Notes: generated from the letters alone by a model not told the origin. Shown: positions 1 through 9,896, counted from the first letter of the stretch. The stretch is 64,000 bases of DNA from an uncultured Deinococcaceae bacterium (GCA_964252075.1 CAXULY010000027.1:9826-73825); one strand, 5' to 3'. Numbers and translations: made by a program.

Positions 1-32
1 ACCACAGCGCCATCCCCGCGGACCGCTTCGTC

Positions 33-1019
33 ATGACCGCGCCCGGCAGCACGACACTGGAGGAGGCGCAGCCGTGGCCGCTCGACCTCGCGGACGCCAC
101 CCTGTACTACAAGGACCCCTCGGGCATCCTGCGCCGCCCGAACGTCACGGTCATCCCGAACGCACCGGGGGGCGGCGCGGCCGCGTCGCGCATCATCCTG
201 ATCGACAAGCCGCTGCCCAACAGCCCGAACTACAGCGTGGTGACGCCTGCCGTGGCCGCCGCCATGCAGCCCACCGTGACGAACGCGGTGAAGGAACTGG
301 GCACCATCGGTGCGGGCCAGTTCTCGTTCACGGACCGCCCGCCCCTGGCGGTCGTGGACACCAGTCTCACGCCCGTCAAGGATGACCTCACCACCTACAC
401 GCAGGGCAGCACCACGTCCATCCAGGGCATCTTCACGTCGCAGGGCGCGGCGCTCACCCAGACGCTGCTGGTCGGGAACAACGAGACGGCGTTCACGTCC
501 ACGCTGTTCCTGCGCATCAACGGCGGCGGCACCAGCGGCCTGCACGTCGTGACGCGCGAGGACACCGCCACCATGGTGGACGGCGCCGAAGAGGTGCTGA
601 TCAAGCCGGACACCACCGGCGGCTTCAGCGCCATCAACATCTTCGCGCGCTTCACGAACCCCGGCGGCACCGGCACCGAGTCCGCGCTGGTGCTGCGCCT
701 CACGACGGGCGGCCTGAGCCTCTGGACGCTCACCGCTGGAGGCGTGTGGACGCAGCTCAAGAATCCCGCGGGCACGAACGCCACGTACAGCACGCCCATC
801 GCGCAGGGCACCGGCTACCGCGTGACCTGGCAGTGGGCGGGCACGAAGGTCCGCGCCAAGATCCGCACGGTGAACGGCGCGGACACGGGCTGGCAGGTGC
901 GCGGCTGGCAGAGCACCGTGCTGGGCGCGGGCAAGATCGGCTGGGGCAACGACATCGGGTACACCAAGGTGGGCCAGCACAGCATCGTGCGCTCCGCGGA
1001 CCTGCCGCCGGCGGCCTGA
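33..1019 (+). CDS. Putative virion/tail-associated beta-rich protein (may start upstream of the window)
   Basis: Thr/Gly-rich ORF with a beta-sandwich-like C-terminus, directly upstream of a beta-helix protein. Confidence 0.5.
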   Translation: MTAPGSTTLEEAQPWPLDLADATLYYKDPSGILRRPNVTVIPNAPGGGAAASRIILIDKPLPNSPNYSVVTPAVAAAMQPTVTNAVKELGTIGAGQFSFTDRPPLAVVDTSLTPVKDDLTTYTQGSTTSIQGIFTSQGAALTQTLLVGNNETAFTSTLFLRINGGGTSGLHVVTREDTATMVDGAEEVLIKPDTTGGFSAINIFARFTNPGGTGTESALVLRLTTGGLSLWTLTAGGVWTQLKNPAGTNATYSTPIAQGTGYRVTWQWAGTKVRAKIRTVNGADTGWQVRGWQSTVLGAGKIGWGNDIGYTKVGQHSIVRSADLPPAA

Positions 1020-1020
1020 C

Positions 1021-2637
1021 ATGGCGGTGGACCTGTACCTGCAGCTGAACCCGCCCGGCGTAAGCCCGCCCTTCTACCTCGCGCCGAACCCCGCGACCGC
1101 CTACAGGCGCTACGGGCTGCGCGGCTTCCTTCCGTGCGCCCTCACCGACGACTTCGCGCTGATGTTCGACCGGGCGACGCTGCGCATCGTGGAGCGCCGC
1201 GCGCTCGGCATCGGCGTGGTCATCGTGGTGCCGCCGCCCCCACCCCCAACCACGGATGTGGTGTGGGACACCCCGGCCGCCGTCAACCAGCAGATCGCGG
1301 CGGCCATGGCAGCGAAGCAACCGACGATCACCTTCACCGGGGTGAACCTGGAGAGTCCACCCACCGCGATGGCGAACCGCAGCGCGCTGGTCGTCATGGG
1401 GAACTTCAACCCCACGAAGGTCATCTTCATCGACAGCCGCTTCCGCGGCTCCGGCTCGCTGTTCGCGGGCTTCGGTCAGCGCCTGAAGCTCGTGAACTGC
1501 CAGCTGGAGAGCGTCGTGCACAACCAGCGCGGCGTCGATCAGGGGCGCCTCGTGAACGCGCTGGACTGCCGCAGCCTGGAACTGGAGAACTGCACCGGCA
1601 TCCGCACCGGGTACGGCCTGTACATCCAGGGCGACGGCAACGACTTCTGGAGCGGCGATTACGCGGCGGGTGACCGCATCAGCATCCGGCGGTGCAGCTT
1701 CCACAACGTGGACGGCCGCCTCCCGGACGGCACCGTCGCGGGCTCGTACATCCAGTCGAACTGGGGGCCGACGCAGAGCAACAACGCCGGGTACAACGAC
1801 GCGGGTCGCGTGCTGGGCTGGGGCACCGCGAACTACATCAAGCTGCTGCAGTGCTGCCAGATCGACGGGCTGCTGATCGAGGACAACGAGTTCATCAGCG
1901 ACATCGCGCTGAGCAAGGGCGAGGACATGCTCGCCGCCTTCGGCGGCAGTGGCGCCACGCAGGCCTACCCGGGCGCCATCCGGAACAACTTCGTGGTGAA
2001 CACGGGCGGCTGGGACTGGAACTACGTGCCGGGAGTGAGCACCAGCTACAACATCGGCCAGGAGATCACCCTGAACGCCGAGGGTCCGCAGACGCCCAGC
2101 AGCACCACGTATTCCGGGACGAGCATCATCACGGACAACTTCAACACCGACGTGTTCCTGAAGAACCCCAGCTACCTGGACATCGACAGCAACGTGTCCG
2201 TCGGCGGGCGCCCGTACGTCACGCTGCAGGCCGGGCACCACAACACCGTGCGGAACAACATCATGCTGCCGCCGTACTTCGCGTTCGACGGCGTCACGCC
2301 CTTCAGCGGCACCCGGAGCGGCATTTACCAGATGACCGAGCCGGGCGTGAAGGTCAACGGCGTGACGGTCCGCGACCTGAAGGCCGCGGACACCGGCCAG
2401 TACATCTGGTCGGACAACGCCTTCCGCGGGAACGTCCTGATGGACCTCGCGGTGGGCGCGGCGGACACCACGCTCGGCGTGCCGTCCTCCATCCTCGTGC
2501 GCGGCGACGCCTCGCAGAGCTTCGGCAACCTGCACCGCGCGCGGCACACCGACGGCGGGCAGCAGCTGTACCGCGAGTGGAAGGCGCGCAACACCGCCCG
2601 CGGCGTCACGGTGGGTAGCAGCCTGCCCACGTACTGA
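1021..2637 (+). CDS. Right-handed beta-helix (pectate lyase-like) tailspike/depolymerase-like protein
   Basis: Repeating 'L.I.NC/DN.F' beta-helix pattern (LKLVNC, LELENC, ISIRRC, LLIEDNEF, TVRNN) and a poly-Pro linker. Confidence 0.6.
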   Translation: MAVDLYLQLNPPGVSPPFYLAPNPATAYRRYGLRGFLPCALTDDFALMFDRATLRIVERRALGIGVVIVVPPPPPPTTDVVWDTPAAVNQQIAAAMAAKQPTITFTGVNLESPPTAMANRSALVVMGNFNPTKVIFIDSRFRGSGSLFAGFGQRLKLVNCQLESVVHNQRGVDQGRLVNALDCRSLELENCTGIRTGYGLYIQGDGNDFWSGDYAAGDRISIRRCSFHNVDGRLPDGTVAGSYIQSNWGPTQSNNAGYNDAGRVLGWGTANYIKLLQCCQIDGLLIEDNEFISDIALSKGEDMLAAFGGSGATQAYPGAIRNNFVVNTGGWDWNYVPGVSTSYNIGQEITLNAEGPQTPSSTTYSGTSIITDNFNTDVFLKNPSYLDIDSNVSVGGRPYVTLQAGHHNTVRNNIMLPPYFAFDGVTPFSGTRSGIYQMTEPGVKVNGVTVRDLKAADTGQYIWSDNAFRGNVLMDLAVGAADTTLGVPSSILVRGDASQSFGNLHRARHTDGGQQLYREWKARNTARGVTVGSSLPTY

Positions 2638-2648
2638 CAGGAGGGCTT

Positions 2649-2885
2649 ATGGCCAAGATCAAGAGCGCCGAGATCCAGCGCCTCATCACCGAGGGCCAGC
2701 AGCGGTTCTGCGGCCTGGACATCGACACGTCGAGCGGCCCCATCACGCTGTCAGGAGCCGGGCGGGTGGAGTTCATCGACTGCCGGATGGGTTGCGAGCA
2801 GCCCACCAGTCAACACCTCGTTCAGAACTTCTTTTTCAGCGGAAGTGGCTGGGACTGGAATCACGCGCCCGGCGCTCACACCTGA
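2649..2885 (+). pseudogene. Internally deleted paralog of the preceding beta-helix gene
   Basis: VEFIDCR resembles VIFIDSR and GSGWDWNHAPG resembles TGGWDWNYVPG; good RBS (GGAGG). Confidence 0.5.
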
Positions 2886-2989
2886 CCTCAACCCGTCCCC
2901 CCTTCCGCGTTGGGTTGGCGATCGCCAGGACCAGCGCGGATCCAAACCACTCGAACGCCAGGCGCGGCTCGCGCCTGGCCGGAGGTTTT

Positions 2990-3415
2990 ATGAACAACTC
3001 GAACCTGCTGAACCTGATCACCGCATCGATGCTCGCGGGTGGCGCGACGCCACTCCAGGAGGAGAAGCTCGGCGCGTGGGTGGACAAGCACGTGCCGGCC
3101 CTCCTGCAGGACGCGAACGCGGTCCTGCACAACTTCGGCTGGTCCGCCGTGACGACGCTGGTGGACGAGGCGGTGCGCGCCGTGCAGGACCTCAAGGACC
3201 TGTTCGTCGGCGTGGACCGCGCGAAGATCGCCGCGACCACCGTGCTGTACGTGATCGACCTGGTGCTGCCCGAGCCGGCCCGCAGCTGGGTGCAGCCGCT
3301 GTTGACGGACGAGGTGCTGGCGGGGCTGATCGAGGCCGCGTACCGCCGTCTGTTCGGTGCGGGTCCAGCACCGGTCCTGGACGACCCGAGCGTGAAGCCT
3401 GGAGGCCTGGAGTGA
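2990..3415 (+). CDS. Hypothetical phage protein, holin-like position
   Basis: GGAGG RBS before ATG 2990; helical and moderately hydrophobic; lies after the tail genes. Confidence 0.5.
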   Translation: MNNSNLLNLITASMLAGGATPLQEEKLGAWVDKHVPALLQDANAVLHNFGWSAVTTLVDEAVRAVQDLKDLFVGVDRAKIAATTVLYVIDLVLPEPARSWVQPLLTDEVLAGLIEAAYRRLFGAGPAPVLDDPSVKPGGLE

Positions 3416-3801
3416 AGCGCCTGGCGCTGCTGGTCCTGAGTGCGGCCATGCTCGCCGCGTGCGCGCCCCGCGTGACGGGAGATCCGGCCCTGCAGGCGGC
3501 CCTTGCCGCCGGGCAAGGCGACCCGGCCACCTTCACCCTCGCGAGCGGTCCGCAGCGCGCCCTGCTGGCTGTGGGCGCCAAAGAGGCCTATCTGGACCGC
3601 ATCGACATCACCGGTGGTGCGCTGCGCCTGAACGACGACCGCTGCAAGGCGCCGGAGACGACCCTCGTGCGCTGCACGTATGGCGGCCTGCTCGTGCCGG
3701 GCGGAGGTGCGTTCGGGCAGGGCGTGAACGGCGACGTGCTGCACGGCACGGTGTGGTACCACCGCACCCCGGACGGCCCCGAACTCGCCAAGCAGTTCTG
3801 A
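3412..3801 (+). CDS. Lipoprotein (possible lysis accessory)
   Basis: GTG start overlapping the previous stop; MKRLALLVLSAAMLAAC lipobox. Confidence 0.65.
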   Translation: MKRLALLVLSAAMLAACAPRVTGDPALQAALAAGQGDPATFTLASGPQRALLAVGAKEAYLDRIDITGGALRLNDDRCKAPETTLVRCTYGGLLVPGGGAFGQGVNGDVLHGTVWYHRTPDGPELAKQF

Positions 3802-3869
3802 TCAGCAGCGTCCACAGCGGCAATGACTGTGGACGCTGTCATTTTCAGGCGGTGCAATATAACTTTTCT

Positions 3870-4832
3870 GTGTCTAGTACCAAAGACTGGAAAAAGCACT
3901 TGTTGGCCTCTGGGTTGCCTCTAGAACACTCGGTTGCGGCAATATTAAGGAGTAAAGGGTACCTGAATCAGCTGGAATATGGCTATGTGAAATACAATGA
4001 AGACGGCGTTACTTCAGAATCATCGATTGACATTAGGGCGGTACAAAGGAATGATTTAAAACGTTTTGTAACCGTCCTTATGGTTGAGTGTAAATATAGA
4101 TCCCCAGATACGATGTGGGTTTTCTTGCCAGATACAACAATTCCGCCCTTTAACAGGCGAGAAAATATAATTCACGATAACAACATGTACGCGGAATCGT
4201 ACCTTGTCGTTCCGCACGAAGCACAATCTATTTCGGGTGATGACTATGTTCTTCGCGGCATCGAACTAAAACTCGATGGTAAAAACCCTGCATCAATCAC
4301 AAAAGGTATTTCTCAATTGAGATATGCCAGTCTAGAGAACTCAATTCAGCAAACACTGACTAATATTAGATTATCCACAGATCTATATATTGGCACAAGG
4401 TTTCCATCCGCATGTGTGCAAATTTTAGTGACGACTGCGCCTTTGAGAACGCTAAAACAAGAAACAGATATTTCTCAAATTGCTGATGCTTCTTCGATTG
4501 AAGAGGTTACAAATGAGCATCCATACGTAATTTTGAAACTTCCACCAGACGCTTTGTTCACCTTTAACGCTCGCAGAAGATATGAAGATACACTTTCAGT
4601 TAAAGCACTCAATTCGATAGATATATCGCGTCAGGTTAGCAACGCTAGGGCAACTTCTGCTATAATAAACACCGAAGATTTTATAAATCATATCACCACA
4701 TTTCATCCTAGAGTGTTCGTCATAGTTAATCAAGTTCATTTTTCCGATTTCCTTAACAAGCTTGATGAAGAACTGGAGAGATTGAGTGTGCTCTCGCCAG
4801 AGCGGGCTCGTGAATTGCACCGCGTAAGGTGA
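3870..4832 (+). CDS. Low-GC PD-(D/E)XK nuclease-family protein (moron)
   Basis: SGLPLE..V...L / SIDIRA / VECKY motif; abrupt drop in GC. Confidence 0.65.
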   Translation: MSSTKDWKKHLLASGLPLEHSVAAILRSKGYLNQLEYGYVKYNEDGVTSESSIDIRAVQRNDLKRFVTVLMVECKYRSPDTMWVFLPDTTIPPFNRRENIIHDNNMYAESYLVVPHEAQSISGDDYVLRGIELKLDGKNPASITKGISQLRYASLENSIQQTLTNIRLSTDLYIGTRFPSACVQILVTTAPLRTLKQETDISQIADASSIEEVTNEHPYVILKLPPDALFTFNARRRYEDTLSVKALNSIDISRQVSNARATSAIINTEDFINHITTFHPRVFVIVNQVHFSDFLNKLDEELERLSVLSPERARELHRVR

Positions 4833-4847
4833 AATCGTTGTTGTAAT

Positions 4848-5111
4848 TCACCAGCGCAACAGGCTTGTGTCGTACCAGTGCTGCGCGGCGTCCTGGTCTT
4901 CGTCGGTGAACTCATCACTCATGTCGAAGGTCCGGAGCCAGGCGTCGAGCACCTGCTGCGCCAGCTCCGGCTTGCTGCGCAGGTAGATGGTCACCTGCAC
5001 CTGCAGGTCCTGGCTGGCGCGGCCGCTGAAGTCCCCCATGTCGGCCATGTAGATCTCGCTGACCAGCTCGGCCAGGTCCTCGGGCGTCAGCTCAAAGAGG
5101 CGCACGATCAC
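4848..5111 (-). CDS. Hypothetical protein
   Basis: Acidic 87-aa ORF with host-like codon usage. Confidence 0.45.
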   Translation of the reverse strand: MIVRLFELTPEDLAELVSEIYMADMGDFSGRASQDLQVQVTIYLRSKPELAQQVLDAWLRTFDMSDEFTDEDQDAAQHWYDTSLLRW

Positions 5112-5301
5112 ACGATACGGCCTCCTCACCTGGCCATGTTTTTGGGCTGCATCGTGTGGCGTCGTGGGTACAGTGGAGGTGGCGATCTGGAGAGCTCCAA
5201 CGCCAGGGGGCCACCCACCGGGGGTGGCCCTTCGTGCGACTCGCTGCAGTTGCAGATGCCCCATGGGTCAGCCGCGCGTTGTTCCCGTCGTACCATGAGG
5301 C

Positions 5302-5751
5302 ATGACGCCGTTGCACGTGCTGCTGGTGGACGACGACGCCAGCGAACGGATGCTGGTGGAGCTGCTGCTGAAAGACCAGGCGCAGGCGTGCACCTTCACA
5401 GGCGTGGCGGACGGTCACGCCGCCCTGCGCTTCCTGGAGGACGCCGCCGTCCTACCGGACCTGATCCTGCTGGACCTTGAGATGCCCGGCATGGACGGCT
5501 TCGAAGTGTTGGCGCACCTCAAGGCCCACCCGGCGTGGCGCTTGATTCCCGTGGCGATCCTGACCGTGAACGAGCGCGATGAGGACGTGCAGCGGGCGTA
5601 CGACCTGCACGCCAGCGGGTTCCTGTGCAAGCCGGTCCACCCGCTGCGGGCCCGGCAGCAGATGGCGGCGCTGCTGACCTTCTGGGTGGGTTCGACCCTG
5701 CCCACCCGCCTGGCAGCTCGGCGTCTGCAGGACCTTCGTCGGCCAGATTGA
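5302..5751 (+). CDS. Stand-alone CheY-like response regulator (Rcp1-like)
   Basis: LLVDDD, LILLDLEMPGMDGFEVL, T and KP receiver motifs; TACCAT -10 just before ATG. Confidence 0.9.
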   Translation: MTPLHVLLVDDDASERMLVELLLKDQAQACTFTGVADGHAALRFLEDAAVLPDLILLDLEMPGMDGFEVLAHLKAHPAWRLIPVAILTVNERDEDVQRAYDLHASGFLCKPVHPLRARQQMAALLTFWVGSTLPTRLAARRLQDLRRPD

Positions 5752-5829
5752 TGTGGGATGAGACGAAAGGTGTCCTTTTGTTTGGGAAACTTGTGGTCGG
5801 AACGGATGCGTTTGAACTTAGCCTGAGGC

Positions 5830-6048
5830 ATGACGAACGTGGAGGCCAAAGCCATTCGACCGGTCGATCTGACGCGCGCGGCCGACCTGTTCGTGATTGA
5901 GATGGAGCAGGGCGACGCGCCGATCAAACCAGGGCATCAGGTGGAGTTCAACGGCCAGCGCTTCAAGGTGGTGGGCATCCTGCACTTTGGGGACGGGCAG
6001 GGGCCGGTGCTGCTGGGGGAACTGCTGCCGGAGGGGCCTCAGGCCTGA
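5830..6048 (+). CDS. Small protein, VVGILxxGDGxGP family (copy 1 of 3)
   Basis: Shares motif with 37283-37495 and 37628-37855. Confidence 0.7.
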   Translation: MTNVEAKAIRPVDLTRAADLFVIEMEQGDAPIKPGHQVEFNGQRFKVVGILHFGDGQGPVLLGELLPEGPQA

Positions 6049-6072
6049 CCGGTCTACACCCGCAGACCATGA

Positions 6073-6108
6073 AGCGCGGCCCCACACCCGATGGTGTGGG
6101 GCCGCGCT
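6073..6108. terminator. Hairpin between convergent genes
   Basis: AGCGCGGCCCCACACC-cgat-GGTGTGGGGCCGCGCT perfect stem. Confidence 0.6.
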
Positions 6109-6117
6109 CTGGTGAAG

Positions 6118-6558
6118 TCAGCCGGTGGTGGCGCGCGCGGCCTGCAGGAGCGCCTGGGCGGTCACCTGGGCGCCGGTGCCGGGCTTCTGCCGGGCGAGCC
6201 ACGCGTCGATGGCGGCGAGTTCCTCGGGCGTGCCAGTGACGCGCAGGAGCTTCGAGGTCTTCCCGGTCGCCTTGCGCCCGGCGCCGGGGCGGCGGCCGCC
6301 GTGGGTGTTCTTGGGGTGCGTATCGAAGTGGCGCTGGAGGTTGTGCCAGGTGTCGGAGTGCTGGCCCCACACGCGCGCGAAGGCGTCGGCGGCTTTGGGG
6401 GTGACGCTGGCGGTGCCGTCGAGCAGGCCCTGGATGAGCTTGACGGGGAGGCCGAGCTGGCGGGCGGCGGCGGCAGGCGTGAGGTCGCGGGCGTCCAGTT
6501 CGCGGGCGAGGATGGCGCCGGGGTGGACGGGGTTGCGGGTGGTGGTGATCTGGGTCAT
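6118..6558 (-). CDS. higA: HigA-family antitoxin with C-terminal extension
   Basis: PVHPGAIL..EL, HTH, W.NLQ..FD; extra HGGRRPGAGRK motif. Confidence 0.85.
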   Translation of the reverse strand: MTQITTTRNPVHPGAILARELDARDLTPAAAARQLGLPVKLIQGLLDGTASVTPKAADAFARVWGQHSDTWHNLQRHFDTHPKNTHGGRRPGAGRKATGKTSKLLRVTGTPEELAAIDAWLARQKPGTGAQVTAQALLQAARATTG

Positions 6559-6577
6559 GGCGCTCCTTCTTGAAAAG

Positions 6578-6606
6578 AGTATACGGTAATCAATGTCGAT
6601 TGTCAA
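6578..6606 (-). promoter_or_regulatory. Sigma70 promoter for higA
   Basis: TTGACA-17-TATACT on the minus strand. Confidence 0.8.
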
Positions 6607-6641
6607 CGAGGGGGAAGTGGGGGGCGCGCCCCCCACCCGCC

Positions 6642-6935
6642 CTAGTGGTAGTCCACGATGCGGTCGATGACCAGGGTGTTCCCGCCCGTGTGCTTCTCGA
6701 TGGTGAAGATCACGCGGAACTGGCGGTTCAGGCGCGCGCTGCGCTCTTCGGTATCGCCTTGCAGCTGCTCGACGCGCAGGCCCGTGAAGCCGTAGAGCGC
6801 GGCCTCGTGGGGCACGCTCAGCACGAGGGCCACGAACTGCTCGAAGGACGCGGCGACGCCGGGGCCGAACTTGCGGTCCAGGGTGCCTTGAGCCAACTGG
6901 CGGGCGAGTTTGCTGCTGGCGATTCGGATGTTCAT
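6642..6935 (-). CDS. higB: HigB/RelE-family toxin
   Basis: LRVEQLQGD....SARLNRQFRVIF....IVDYH; lies upstream of higA. Confidence 0.8.
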   Translation of the reverse strand: MNIRIASSKLARQLAQGTLDRKFGPGVAASFEQFVALVLSVPHEAALYGFTGLRVEQLQGDTEERSARLNRQFRVIFTIEKHTGGNTLVIDRIVDYH

Positions 6936-6957
6936 CTGCACCTCCTCTCTTGAAAAT

Positions 6958-6986
6958 AGTATACAAAAATCAAGAGACAATGTCAA
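6958..6986 (-). promoter_or_regulatory. Sigma70 promoter for higB
   Basis: TTGACA-17-TATACT on the minus strand. Confidence 0.8.
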
Positions 6987-7018
6987 CAGCCGAACGCCCA
7001 CCACAACATAGAAAAAGA

Positions 7019-7048
7019 TTTGCGGGGTCGCGTGCGACCCCGCAAAAA
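7019..7048. terminator. Intrinsic terminator ending the Mo cassette transcript
   Basis: TTTGCGGGGTCGC-gt-GCGACCCCGCAAA flanked by A/T tracts. Confidence 0.65.
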
Positions 7049-7348
7049 CATCTCTGGTTTTTTCTAGATCACGCGGGCACGTCCCCCACCAGCAGCTCCG
7101 CGACGCCATACGGCGCCAGTCCGCTCAGCAGCCGCGCCTCCGCGTGCGCCCGCGTCGGCCCCTGCGCGTCCGGGAACACCGTCCGGGGCGGGGTCATCGG
7201 GGACAGGTCGAAGGCGCCCCGTAAACCGAGACTCATGTCGGTGAGTCGCACCCAACGACACTGCTGGTCGACGCCCAGCGTCATGTTTCAAGTGTCACGT
7301 TGGCGCAGACAAGTGGCCAGCCCGTCACCCCGCTGCGTACCCAGGCCC

Positions 7349-8194
7349 TTAATACATCGGGTTGGGGGTGTCGGCCACCTCCAGCACCGTCACGACGTCC
7401 CCCACCCGCAGCCGCCCGATCCGCTCCGCGAACGGGGCGTCCTGAATCAGGTGCTGCCCGAACGGCACCTTCTTGTCGCGCAGGCGGGTCCGGGTGAGCG
7501 TCCGGAGGGGCTCGGCCCCCATGCGACCGTCCGCCGTCACGTTCACGATGCCGCACCGGGCGCAGCTCTCCACCACTTCAAAGCCCACCTCCCCAACGCG
7601 AATGCGCCGCCAGCGGTCCTCCTCGCAGGGCGCCAACGCACCGCCCACCACCAGGTTCGGTCGGAAGGTCAAGGCGGTGACCTGCCGCGGACTGCGGGCA
7701 TTCAGGTCCGACACCGACGCCTCCGTGACCAGGTGGAAAGGATTGCCGTCCGCGAAACTCAGCATCGAGCGGTAGGGTTTGCCCTGCTGCCAGCGCTCCA
7801 CCTCGTCCGGCATATAGATCAGGTCGAAGTCGCCCTGCAGGTAGTCACTCCACCAGCTCCGGGCCTGCGCCGACACGGAGCGGCCACTCATGACGTCGTC
7901 CCAGACTTCGGCGTGCCGGGACGCCCCCAGCGGCTCGAAGGGCACCGTCAGGGCCGGCATCTGGGGCGCTTCGAGCCGCAGCCCGCTCACCTCGACGTGA
8001 ACCCGCACCAAGGCCATGCGCGGGAACTCACGCTGCGTCACCAGCCGCCCCGCTGCATTCACCACCATCCAGCGGCGGTCCAGGTGCAGGCCGCGCGGTC
8101 CGACTTCGGAGGTCATGACCGCAATGCCGCCCGCAGATTTGATGGGGTAGACATACAGCGCATAGAGGGTCAGCGGCGCGACTGGCGTGGTCAT
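7349..8194 (-). CDS. MOSC domain protein (YcbX/mARC-like)
   Basis: YPIKS, DRRWMVV, FADGNP, FRPNLVV, CARC motifs. Confidence 0.9.
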   Translation of the reverse strand: MTTPVAPLTLYALYVYPIKSAGGIAVMTSEVGPRGLHLDRRWMVVNAAGRLVTQREFPRMALVRVHVEVSGLRLEAPQMPALTVPFEPLGASRHAEVWDDVMSGRSVSAQARSWWSDYLQGDFDLIYMPDEVERWQQGKPYRSMLSFADGNPFHLVTEASVSDLNARSPRQVTALTFRPNLVVGGALAPCEEDRWRRIRVGEVGFEVVESCARCGIVNVTADGRMGAEPLRTLTRTRLRDKKVPFGQHLIQDAPFAERIGRLRVGDVVTVLEVADTPNPMY

Positions 8195-8476
8195 GGCGCA
8201 TGATAGCCATCTCTCGAAGTGCAGCGGGCGGGCGATGCCTGACACGGCCGGCGCGCGACCGTGCCATGCGGGGGCTCGAGTAGGCCTTGACGGTCAGGTC
8301 CTGCAGGACATGAAGGCCTGGACACGCAGCGCAACAGGATAGAAGCGGCTGACGCCACTGGGGTAGACGCTCCATGTCCTTCGCCCCCGGACCTTTCATT
8401 GAACGGCCAGCATGGTCCAGGCATTCAGCTGATCATCGGCTCCTGCATCCAGGGTCGCGCCCTACGACGACGCCCA

Positions 8477-9322
8477 TCACCCCCGAGCCTGCCGGGCCGG
8501 GAGGCCGCGAACCAGCAGCAGCACCGCGAAGGCCACCAACACCATCACCGCCGAGAGCACCAGGGCAGGGCCGAGGTCCGACTCGAGCGCCGAGTAGATC
8601 GCCAGCGTGATGGTGCGCGTGCGGCCCTGGAGCGACCCCGCGAACAGGATGGTCGCACCGAATTCCCCCAGGGCCCGCGCCCACGTCAGCACCAGACCTT
8701 CCAGGAGGAACGGGAACGCCAGCGGCCAGGTGATCAGCCAGAACACCCGCCAGGCGTCCGCACCATCCGTGCGCGCCGCCTGCTCCACCTCCCGGTCCAC
8801 CGCCAGGAACCCCGCCTTGGCCGTCCGCAGGTAGAAAGGCGCCGACGTGAACAGTTGTGCGAACACCACCGCCGCAGGGGAGAACGCCACGCTGATGCCC
8901 GCGAGCTCCAGCGGCGCTCCCAGAAGGCCGGTGCGCCCAAAGGTCAACAGCAGCCCCACCCCCGCCACCACCGGTGGCAGCACGATGGGCAGATCGAGCA
9001 GGGTGTCGAGCAGCACCTTGCCGCGGAAGTCGAAGCGCGCCAGCAGGTACGCGACCGGCGTCACGAACAGCACCGTGACCGCCAGGGTGGTGAGGGTCGT
9101 CCAGACACTGACCCGCAGGGCGTCCAACACCACGTCGCCCAGCAGGTTTGGCAAGAAATTGGAGGTGAGCCCACGTCCCAGGACCACGAGCGTGGGGAGG
9201 AGCAGGAACAGCGTCATCACGCCGCCCAGCACCACGGGAAGCACGGGAAGGCGCCAGGCGCGTCGCCCCGGATGAAGGTCGGTGCGGCGCGGAGACGCCT
9301 CCTCAGGCAGGTCCCGGCTCAA
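8477..9322 (-). CDS. modB: Molybdate ABC transporter permease
   Basis: DLPIVLPPVVAG, EQAARTDGA (EAA loop), WARALGEFGAT. Confidence 0.92.
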   Translation of the reverse strand: MSRDLPEEASPRRTDLHPGRRAWRLPVLPVVLGGVMTLFLLLPTLVVLGRGLTSNFLPNLLGDVVLDALRVSVWTTLTTLAVTVLFVTPVAYLLARFDFRGKVLLDTLLDLPIVLPPVVAGVGLLLTFGRTGLLGAPLELAGISVAFSPAAVVFAQLFTSAPFYLRTAKAGFLAVDREVEQAARTDGADAWRVFWLITWPLAFPFLLEGLVLTWARALGEFGATILFAGSLQGRTRTITLAIYSALESDLGPALVLSAVMVLVAFAVLLLVRGLPARQARG

Positions 9323-9870
9323 GGGCCGGTGCGGAAGACCTGCAGTCCCACCAGGTTGCTGACGTACCGCCCGCCTTTGCCGTCCCCCGGCACCACCAGC
9401 CGCACCGCGCCGTCCCGCGCCGGGAGGGGCTGACCGTCCTCCTCGTACGCCAGCAGGACCGGGCGATTCCCGAAGTCCGGGTCGAGCTCCCCCCAGGAAA
9501 ACAGCGCGGCGTACCCGTCCGCGCCGGTCGCGAGCACCGCCCAGCGCAGGGCGTCATTCTTGCTGTCGGCGTTCAGCTGGGGTGCGGCGGCCTTCAGCAG
9601 GTCGAAGAGCAGCACCCCACGGTAGGTGTGGGTGCTGGCCTTGCCCGCTGAGGTGTACGTGACCGTGACGGTGCGGTTGGGCAGGCCTTGCAGGTCCGCG
9701 AGCAGGTACGCGCGCGGGTGCTGCAGGGCGCCCGTCAGGGTGATGGGCGTCGTGGCGGTCGTGACGGCGCTCGCGGCCGTGGAGGTCGCAGCCGTGCCGG
9801 TCTGGCCTTGGGCGCCGCCCAGGACGAGCAGCGCCAGGCTGACGCCGGCGGCGCGGAGCAGGTGGGGCAT
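9319..9870 (-). CDS. Secreted molybdopterin-oxidoreductase-like domain protein
   Basis: Signal peptide; GVLLFDLL, GADGY, G.VRLVVPGD..GGR.V; no catalytic Cys seen. Confidence 0.7.
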   Translation of the reverse strand: MPHLLRAAGVSLALLVLGGAQGQTGTAATSTAASAVTTATTPITLTGALQHPRAYLLADLQGLPNRTVTVTYTSAGKASTHTYRGVLLFDLLKAAAPQLNADSKNDALRWAVLATGADGYAALFSWGELDPDFGNRPVLLAYEEDGQPLPARDGAVRLVVPGDGKGGRYVSNLVGLQVFRTGP

Positions 9871-9896
9871 CAACATGTCCTTTCGGGCCGCCCGGA

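Noticed and set aside
757..2547. Long antisense ORFs here and elsewhere (e.g. 53071-54660, 60745-62346)
   Set aside because: Shadow ORFs of high-GC coding on the other strand; low-complexity Arg/Ala/Gly translations
1021..2885. Diversity-generating retroelement TR/VR pair
   Set aside because: No reverse transcriptase, and the differences are not adenine-specific
2990..3801. Firm holin/spanin/endolysin assignment
   Set aside because: Supported by position only; no endolysin motif is visible in the window
8200..8470. Moco riboswitch before the MOSC gene
   Set aside because: No recognisable conserved Moco-RNA motif by eye; an Infernal search is needed
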